Part shown: one piece after another, positions 55,121 to 64,000 of the stretch
Layout: the number at the start of each line of letters is the position of its first letter
Position numbering within the stretch: the first letter of the stretch is position 1
NCBI RefSeq assembly: GCF_037042905.1
Contig: NC_087251.1
Coordinates: 34,846,001-34,910,000, forward strand
Reading direction: 5' to 3'
DNA from: Lytechinus pictus
Lineage: Eukaryota
DNA length: 64,000 bases
Program-made: the position numbers and the translations under genes
The notes under the pieces: generated by a model
Told to the model about the DNA's origin: nothing
The model's input: the letters and a program-made list of their open reading frames with translations, nothing else
Database searches by the model: none

Positions 55121-55964
55121 GTTACGAATGGTTTTTGTAGCCTGTAGATAGTTTAAAGTGTGAGAATGTTGGATATGCGTTTATGGCATTAGTAATCAAT
55201 ATCCTTCCTTAGTCATGAAGTTCTGTGGAAGACGGCTAAGCTTCTATCAATATCAGACAGAATAGGCTTCTGTGTGTGACTTATCAATGTATTGCAGTGG
55301 CCATCTCTTCTCTTGTTCAAACACTGTTTCTTTGCCAGAAATGATTCAATTTCCCCCAACCTTAGTCCTCCCTATTGGTGTGAGAGACTGAGAGCAAACG
55401 AGGTCCCAATTAGCAGATGGGAAGGAGGACGCTTAGTCCAGGAAAGCCCTTGTCAGATGCCATTTGAGGAGGGGCAGATAGAAAATCCGATACGGGGGCT
55501 CCCCTTTCAATTTTCATTTTCATAAGAAAATTTTGAGTGGGCTTTAAACTGGCTGGAGTGATTCAGTAAATTCTGGAGCCATTTTATCTGAATTTGGCTG
55601 TGTATTTCCACTACACCCACCCTCATAGATGCAGGGAGATCGCTCAATGGCGCTGATGATCAGTCCATGCAGACAATTATAAAGCGAATGGGTCATTTCC
55701 AAGTGTGACTCAAGGGAAATATAGTGAGTGTACTCAGCTTGACAGTGGAGATGTGTAGTGCGACCTGAGTTCTGTTTTATTTCCACATGGATTATTTGGT
55801 TGTTTTTCTTTTTAAATTGCATTTTACAAGTATTCTGACATTTATAATATGATTTGTTTAGTTTAGAATATGCAATTTTCATTGATATGATATGTACAAA
55901 TATATGATTTTTGAGTAGAAGAAATTAACCAGTTGTCTCACGATGTAGCAAACGTAGTGTGAAG

Positions 55965-56002
55965 GCGACGTTTCGTCTGCAAGCTGCTAGACTTCGTCAG
56001 GC
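55965..56002 (-). ncRNA. Minimal type I hammerhead ribozyme of the Penelope-like element
   Basis: Minus strand reads GC-CTGACGA-A-GTCT(A)GCA-GCT-TGC-AGAC-GAAAC-GTC-GC: CUGANGA and GAAA cores, paired helix II, palindromic ACGT in place of helix III, GUC cleavage triplet. Helix I is only 2 bp. Confidence 0.75.
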
Positions 56003-56077
56003 AATGAGCAAAGACGCTGCTGCGCACGGGTTATATAGCGTCGGGAGCTATTGTCTGGCTCCACTCGGGCGTGAGCC

Positions 56078-56235
56078 GCGCTGTGATTGGCCGAGGCCGC
56101 TGGCCAATCAGGGTCCGCGCTGGTGCTTGGTGCCCGCTGGAGCGTGCACCGTGCGCTGTGATTGGCCGATGCGGCCGGCCAATCAGCATCTGCGCTGGTG
56201 TCAGGCACCTGCTGGTGCGGGCGCCGTGCGCTCTG
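56078..56235. repeat. 75-bp tandem repeat (2 copies plus partial) inside the Penelope-like element
   Basis: Units begin gcgctgtgattggccga at 56078 and 56153, with a partial unit at 56228. Each full unit has the inverted pair TGATTGGCC...GGCCAATCA. Confidence 0.85.
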
Positions 56236-59200
56236 AACGGTGGATGCAGTATGCCGTCGGATGGCCGGTAACCATGCATCAGGGATCTCAATGCCGCTGT
56301 CCCTATTGATATTGCTCGGGTGCAAACGGATCTGAATCGCTTCCTTAACGCGCCGCGTATACCAATGCTTATCATGAGCAACGCAGCTGACCTCATCCCA
56401 GTTAGGTGGATGATCGGAGTCCCAAGCATGTTCTGCAACAGCAGAGCTATCAGTGCGCCTATGATTTTTCTTCTCTTTTTTGGGGGTGGGGCAGATTTTG
56501 TGAACTTTTAAGATATTACAGATTTGCAGTTCAGCAGCCTATCTGAAATCACTAATAACCACTCTTGCTCAGTGGATACCATGAATTTCATTAAACAGAA
56601 CCCTTAGTCGAACTTTCTGAGAGACAGTCAAAAGAAAAATGTTTGTCCCCGCTATACATTTTTATGTGTTAATACTCAACAACGTGATATTGGTTTCTCT
56701 CTTTGCCAAGTCTGTTCTCGCGAGACTTATTCTGAATGATTAGATAAGGTTTGAATGGTGGAATGAACATCCATGATGGATCTGTGTGATCTTTAGCAAG
56801 GGAATTAACAAGACACGTCGCCACGAGAATGAAGTGCAGAGACAAAATATGCGACGTCAAACTGGTGAAACCTGCTATGCACGCTGCATTATTAATGTAT
56901 TGCTTGCTGCAATCATTGATGTATTCTCTGCATTTGCTGATGTTTGTTTTAAAGAAAGAATAAAATTAACACAGCAACATGACGACTATCAGACCATCTT
57001 GAAGTTGGCTGTGCCTCTCTCTCAAAAAAAGTATCTTTTTCAATTTTCACTGTTGGTTGTGATATCAAAGATCACTCCATTTAAAGTGAATTTAGAGTGA
57101 TGACATGAACATTTCATATAAATTTCACTTTAAAAAAGGTGAAATTTACTCAATAAGAAGTGAAAGTCACTCTATTAAGTGAATTTTGGTGACTTGCTTG
57201 GATATATGAATTATTCACTTGATTTTGTATGAGTATGTTATATGTTTTATTTCTTTTTTAAAGATTTAAAAAAAAGAAAATAAGCAACTTCTTGGTTACA
57301 TTCTATTCTAAATCATTCTTTATGAGATACAGCTTTATTTGTCATACCACAAAGCTTTTTAAAAAGAAGTGGGAAACAGATTGAGACTGGAAGGTAAAAG
57401 TGCAATGAAAAATATTATATCATGGGCGGTTAATATTAAGAGAGAAGGCATGCACAGTGACATTGCCAATGGCTGTCTTCTGAATTCAATTTCAACTCAC
57501 TTCATGGCTATTGCTATTTGATCTGGCCTGTAGCAGAATAAACAAATTATGCAAATGATTTGAAATGTCATTCCACTTCAGTATTTTTTACCATTTTATA
57601 AGTAATGACACATTTCTATTGATATCTCCAGAGTAGTGCTGCACCAATACACACACACACAAAAAAAAAAACAGGGGAAAAAATCCTCTTGCAAATGATA
57701 ATGTTAGGTAACATAGATATGTTTAACAATATTCCATAAATTTGTCTTGTCTGAAAACGTAAATGTATATTGAAAAAGGATACAATTTTACATGTAGGGT
57801 GATCAGTCACTTCAGAAACCTCTTTAGAAACTCAAACTCCATTTAGATATTTGATTATCCTTCAAGTGACTCAACTCCTACTTTAGTTTTTCCAAGCAAG
57901 AAAATAAAGTTATAAATTACCCCTATTAAAGTATAGTAAAATACAAAAGACAGGAAGGTGAACATTGTGGAGAGATAATATTATTAACAGCACAAAGAGA
58001 AAATCTGTAAAAGGGCCATCCATTATCAAGATACAAAGGAAACCATTAAATGTTTTTTTTTAAAGACTTATCTTTTGTGGGATTTTTTATTGCCAGTAGA
58101 CTTTCTTTGTTTTTCCTTGAAATATGTAAAGTGCACATGAAAGGGTGATGATTCAGTGCAATTATGATGCAGTTAATATCCTTACTTTTGTGTGTATTAG
58201 AAACTCTACGGGGGGGGGGGGGCATGGATCCAATGATTTTTGTCTTAATGTCTGTTGCAAATTCATTGGCTTTCAAATTAAAAGCTTTTGAAAAGTCATG
58301 GATAGAAATTATAATAGTATTCTTTGATCATGTGAGAAAAGAGAGAGAAAGAGAGGGGAGGGGAAGGGGTGTGGGAGGGGGGGGGGGTAAACAGAAAGCA
58401 GAAAGCTTGAAGCTTCTTGGTAACCGAGAAGGAAGAGGGTATTGGGTGTGGTGTAATTCTAGGAGATGCACCCATGCATCACTTGTGGAGAGATTTGCCT
58501 TGAAGACTGACGGTCTAGGCTAGTCAGCCAAGCAAGTGACAGCTCTCCAGACTCGCAGACCATACTACAGAGGTATCTTCTTTGTTCTGAATCAAGACTC
58601 TGTGACAAACATCAAGATCTAATTCGGTAGAGAAGTAAAGAGATCCCTTTGATGGAACAATGGCTGGGAGAACAAGACAAAGAAAAATCACTGCAGGATT
58701 TTACAGTCTAAACAAGTCTGTTTTGGTTATATTACAAGCATCCATTACATGAGTAAAGACACTTTAATGGATTTGGAGGAGACTATAGGGATGTCTCCTC
58801 CTTTTATGAGGTGAGAATAGACTTGAGGATTATCTGTAGACTAACTGCCTTAATATTGATGTTTTCAAGAAATACACCATGCTCTACCTATTATTCGTAA
58901 TGAGATGATACGCCTACAAGCCCCTTTTCCCAATTTGTTGATCAGTAGACCTATGTCTTGATGAAAATTATATTAAGAGGGAAAAATGAATGTCAGAGGG
59001 TCAGGTAAAAGAAAATATATAATAATTCATCTTCATATCTTTATTATATTAATTTTCCTTTTTATGGGTACTCATTAAGAATAATTGTTCCATCCTACAA
59101 GTGGTCATTCATCCCTTTAAGCTTCATCTTCAGACCATGTCATATCCCGGTAATGAAAAAAATCAGCAATGCGAGAAGACAACTTGAATTTCACCAGCCA

Positions 59201-61697
59201 TTTCTGCTTCAATCAAGTATGGAAGCCTGTTTTTCACCCTTTCTGCTCATCTACCATTTCGTCTGTCTGTCTGTCTATACATGCTCTTGATTGTTTTCTT
59301 CTCATTGGAAGAGTCCTATGCTTTTCGAGCAGCATATGGAAGCTTGTAAATCATCGCTAAATACTGATGCAGTTAATACAATTCCTAAATCTATCGACAA
59401 ATGATTTCCCCCCCCCCATGTTTTTTTTATTGGAGGTATTTTTGATGGAAAAACAATCTTTGGACTATTTAAATTAAGGTATCCATTTGATGATAATAGT
59501 TAAAGCTCTCTGCCGTCCATTGGTGTATTGTCTGGCAAAATTTGCTATCATCGATCTCCATTACTTCTTGTTTTGATTTGATAGCATTTATTACCCAGGA
59601 ACCTTCTTTTGATCTGATGCAGTGTAACCCATTTACCTTGATAAATTTCCCCTTGTCATATTAATCTTGAATGATTGAGATAATTTTGTCCTTAAATTGG
59701 AAAATGATGAATGATGTACTTATTTTTCAAAGGGGATATCATCCTTCCATTTCATATCCTTAGCTGATTGAAACGTCTGTGTACAGTTTATGCACTTGTT
59801 TGCCTCCAGTATTGTAATTGTTACTGCATCAATTAGGCCTTGTGTCAATCCATTTGTAAATAATGTTTGGATAAAAATGAAGCACCTTTTTTCCCCCATT
59901 AATTTCTAAATTCTATTACCAATATTGGTTATTGATATGAAATTTCAACTAATGATTTTGTAGTAGCCCAGATGTTTCTGTTGTTCTCACAGAAATTTCT
60001 ACTGACTTCCCCATTTCACCAATTTTTAACCTATTCTATTTTTCTTTGATGCAATTTCTGGAAGTGAAACATTCCCTAATTATGATCAATTTGTGAGGTT
60101 TGTACAGAGGAATTGCCACTTTCACACAATTTTAACATATTCCCTTTTCTTTGGTGCAAAGGGGATTGAAACAACTCTTGATTGTGATTAATTTGTGAAG
60201 TTTGTATGGAGGAATTCGCCACTTTATGTGACGCAGCCTCGTGTTATTGTGTTGCGATCTAAAATTGATTTCATTTCTGGAGATGGACGATGCTAACGTA
60301 CCTTGCCCAAGGCCTGGTAATTTCCAGCCTGACAAAAGAATGTGTCGGTGGTGTTATGAAATTGTCTCCGCTGCAGCAGATGCCATCACCGTACATGAAC
60401 CCAACTGTGAATACGGTACAAGACGCAAATAATGGAGCACTCATAATGTGCGCAAATCCCAAGAAACTACTGTTCTATTCTCCCTCCTGCCAAGAGTTAT
60501 TCGATTATGAGGCTCGTGTAGTGTTAGGGGAAGCTCAATAACGCATTACATGCTTCGACACCTTCATACCTGTGATTGCTTTGCAGTCGTTTTAGAACGA
60601 CAGAAGGAAAGTGATTTTTAATTGAATTCAATGGCATGTACAGAAGAAATCCTGTCATGTAGGTGTGCACGTACTGTGCAGATTATTCACGCTTTTGTTT
60701 TTGTTTAAACAATCTGTTGGTAGAAATGACCTAAAAATGAATGGAGGCATAGCAGTGAGTCATATTGATGGTTGACTACATCTCAATGGATAAATTGAAA
60801 ACCACTCATTGATGCTTGTAATATATATATATATCTCAATGAAATATGATGCATATGAATATCGAGGTTTGACTTCCAAATCCTTGAGAATCTCTCTACT
60901 GTGTTAAACAGTCAAGTGGTTCAAAATTGGTATTTCCTCCTCCACTTTATAGATTCATTTATATTGCCAAGTGTTTATTAGATAATTTGTTTTGAATGAA
61001 TTTTAGTATCCATAATGCAATAGGAAATATCACTTCATATCTAATTTGTTCAAAGTCTTCATGTCCTTGGTACATGTATGTGCAATCATGGCCCTGTAAA
61101 GCAAAGCTTAACAATTGATTGTATAGTTGATTTATGATTGATTAGACATAATGACGAATGCATTCAATTAACAAACTCTGCCCAATGTCTGGCAATGATC
61201 AATTGCTGAACTTAGTAGAAGGTCCCGGTTCTGCTTCTTATCTACAATTCTAGGTGTTGAAATTTGAAATATATGAATAAACAAATAACTCAGTTTTTTT
61301 TTTTTTACTTTTATCTCTCTATGCTCGAGTGATATTCGTGTAGACCTCTGTATATTCTATTTATTTTTCGTCATTTGATTCATTCTTGATTGGCTTTAGA
61401 ATTATTTAAATAATTATTTTTTCTGAGAACCTACATTTACAAGCTATGCTTTTTAATAGGTTCCCCATATTTCACATGATTCTATATTACTTTGTTTAAA
61501 AAAAAGTGAATGTAATTATCATTATATTCTCATTTGCTAAAGATATATGTTTTTTGTTGAATGTGAAACAATAATTCAAATCAAAATCAAATCAAATTGA
61601 TAGCTCAGTCTCATTGTATTATACTCTTTCTAGGAATAGCTGTATGTAATAATATATAGACTTATTTGCCCTTCCGTTTGTATCTTTGTCTATCCAG

Positions 61698-61846
61698 GAA
61701 CGCAAGAAAGAGTGGCACTGTTAACCGGTCCAGTAGAATCCCTGAATAATGTAGCAATGTTCATCATTGAGAAGATCAAGGAATCCCCACAGCTAGGAGT
61801 GAAGGCAGGAGCAGAAACCATTACCTCACCTGAAAGAGCAAGACAG
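61698..61846 (+). CDS. Nova: Nova coding exon 3 (end of KH1 and linker to KH2)
   Basis: Polypyrimidine tract plus CAG acceptor at 61697. In frame with exon 2 it gives GTQERVALLTGPVESLNNVAMFIIEKIKESPQ...PERARQ, matching Nova GTTERV...FIAEKI.E.PQ. Donor CAG|GTATAT, phase 0. Confidence 0.95.
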
Positions 61847-61861
61847 GTATATACATTGCTA

Positions 61862-61935
61862 CCACGGCGGCTCAGTGGTATGGAGCATGGGAGGTTGTGG
61901 GTTCAATCCCCGGCCGAATCATACCAGCGACCCAA
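61862..61935 (+). mobile_element. SINE head fragment 15 nt downstream of the exon 3 donor
   Basis: A-box-like CGGCTCAGTGG and B box GGTTCAATCCC followed by cggccg, as in the 46188 SINE. Confidence 0.6.
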
Positions 61936-62443
61936 AGCTATTATAGAGGGACTGACAGACTGACTCCTAAATTCCTTACCCTGATCCCAATCCTTTCAGT
62001 ACACTCTGATTGGGAAGTAATTTGGTAGTTGATCCCTGTATGCTAGCTTTGGGAAATGTAGCTTTCCTCTATCGATGTCCAGTCTGGACTAACCAGAGAC
62101 TTAGAAAAAAGAATTGGGACTTCTAACTTCTTGTCAGGCACTCAATGAAACTGAGAAGAAATGGAATAGAAATTGAATAGAGTATATCTTGAATCTTGAG
62201 AAATCAAGTGAATTAAGGGGAAATCAAATCAACAAAGCATGACGCAGAAAATTTCACAGAAAGTGCATATGAAATACAAAGTTATGCTTCAATTTTCAAA
62301 CTAGTGTAATGCACAACTTCGGCTGTATGCAAAAGGAGGGATAGGATCCTTGGCCTCTGGGTTTCATTCACCTTTAAATCATGAACTTTAATGGAAGTCA
62401 ACTGACCTTCTGGCCCTTGGAAAGATCATACCCATCAATAATA

Positions 62444-62600
62444 TGCTTTTCACATTGCATTTCCTTAACCCCGTACTATCCTTAACCCCGGACTATCCTT
62501 AACCCCATACTATCTTTTTTTCGATTCACACTGTCTTTCTTAACCCCATACTATTGCTTAGCCGGGGTTAACGCCTTAACCCCGGGCAATAACATCCCTC
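62444..62600 (+). mobile_element. Terminal region of an element related to the 553-bp MITE family
   Basis: Tandem ccttaacccc(g/a)tactat motifs shared with the 50077 and 53481 copies. The element may extend to about 63380, where ggggctag motifs recur. Confidence 0.55.
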
Positions 62601-64000
62601 TTGCAGATAGCCAGATAAATAGCCACATGAATGCACTCAGTTCAAAACAGTTCATTGATCGAAAATTATAGAAACTGATGTGATGTCAACTTTACACAGC
62701 TGTGTGGAACCTTTCTCTGGGTAATTTTAAAATGGAAAACGATACGAAAGCCTGTTGAAAGCCCATCTTCATCAGACACAACACAAATGAAAACAATGTG
62801 CTGCTTTGCAAGTTGCATGGAGCAAGTTGCACACAAGCTTCAGCTGTGTAGATCATTTTAGATTGATAGCAATACTTGATTATTAAGGGGAAGTATTTTT
62901 GCCATCAGTTAGGATTATATGAACTCTGGAGGCCAATCCATTGAGTAATGCACAATTATGCGACTTTTGAAATCCATTATTTTACTGAAATTGGATTTAA
63001 AACAACTTGCATTACATGAATTATGCATATGTTATGTCTATTCCCTGCTTGTATTCTCTTGTGTGCACAGAACTCAAGTGGGAGTGTTTTTACAAGAGAT
63101 TCATCACAAATACATTCATTCGACAGGATATAAGGAAACCATATGGTACTTTGCAGGCATACATATTATATTCCCCTGGCATGTTTTCCACCGTACATAT
63201 TCTCTTTTGCAAGTTGAAAAAACCTTGATTTGAAATTCTGCTGGTACCATACCTTTATCTCCCAACATCCGTGATGGCCGTCATTGTTTTATCCCTCTAT
63301 TTCGGAGCATTAGGACTATTTCTTTGTCTTGGTATTGATCGATAATCATCTTGGTATCGCGTTACGGGGGCTAGGCTAGGGCATAGAGCTGAAAATCCAA
63401 GCCAAGCCGGCGCGCAAGCATGAACAAATGCTCATCTCCCAGCCACTTGAAAGAGGACTTGATAAATCATCATTTTGCAAGATTTGCTCTAAGTAGCGGG
63501 TGCAGGGCTGTGGCCTGGAGCTTTCATTATGTTTTCAAGTGGGCAAATCAATTCTTGAGCTCCTTCTGCAGAGAGCAAATGGCGGTTTGGTAGGGAAGGC
63601 ATTTTACTTGGAACCTTTACATAATTGGTGTAGGTGAATGGTCGCCCTGCAAATCTAAGGATGACAGTTGTAATCAGATGAAATTTGAAATTAAAATGTT
63701 CCAGTTATTTATATTAGGATGAAATGCATTCAGAGTCCCTGTAAAAATTGAATATATGAAAAATGAATTATTATGATTGGATTAAACATAGAAGATAAAC
63801 AAATTGATTAACTATTGATCATCTTTTTACTAATTATTTTTTATTAAGTGATTAATCAAAATCATCTTAAATTGAGAATGAAATTAAGAAAAATACTACA
63901 TTTAATTGAAGCATTCTCTTCTTTGTTGTTATTGTGAAGTCAGGTTAAAAAAACTGCAACTACTCATTGTGAACAAGAATAGCCGTTTAGCCAGAAGACA

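Larger units (their letters stand above)
55925..56460 (-). mobile_element. 5'-truncated Penelope-like retroelement (GIY-YIG endonuclease C-terminus plus pLTR-like tail)
   Basis: The open minus-strand frame 56460-55987 reads RRTDSSAVAEHAWDSDHPPNWDEVSCVAHDKHWYTRRVKEAIQIRLHPSNINRDSGIEIPDAW, the typical PLE C-terminal motif (SA.AEH...H...W...R..KEAI.I....NRD.G). It is a GC-rich island ending in a hammerhead motif. The 3' boundary is approximate. Confidence 0.9.
22559..61697 (+). other. Nova intron 2 (39,139 bp, GT-AG, phase 1), interrupting KH1
   Basis: The junction restores the conserved DFYP-G-TQERV sequence. Confidence 0.92.

Noticed and set aside
55959..56511. Several overlapping ORFs as an independent GC-rich gene
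   Set aside because: Shadow frames of the Penelope-like fragment; only the minus frame ending at 55987 has recognisable motifs.

Overview
AT-rich animal genomic DNA, probably a deuterostome invertebrate such as a sea urchin (inferred from the protein and the repeat content, not verified). The window holds the 5' part of one + strand gene, an ortholog of the KH-domain splicing regulator Nova/pasilla. Three coding exons splice in frame: 4527-4737, 22415-22558 and 61698-61846. They encode the N-terminal bipartite NLS and KH1 up to the start of KH2, and are separated by GT-AG introns of about 17.7 kb and 39.1 kb. The gene continues beyond the window. The introns are full of non-autonomous DNA transposons (Kolobok-like with TTAA TSDs, PIF/Harbinger-like with 3-bp TSDs, foldback MITEs, a Helentron/HINE-like element) and tRNA-derived SINEs. 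There is also a 5'-truncated Penelope-like retroelement with a GIY-YIG C-terminus and a minimal hammerhead ribozyme. Almost all ORFs in the supplied track are spurious. I cannot demonstrate a new biological system. The best leads are a YCAY-embedded frameshifting microexon candidate (possible Nova autoregulation via NMD), a 3-nt microexon candidate, recursive-splice-like AG|GT sites, the Penelope ribozyme/promoter module, and a strong excess of TA-NNNN-TA palindromes that look like transposon excision footprints.
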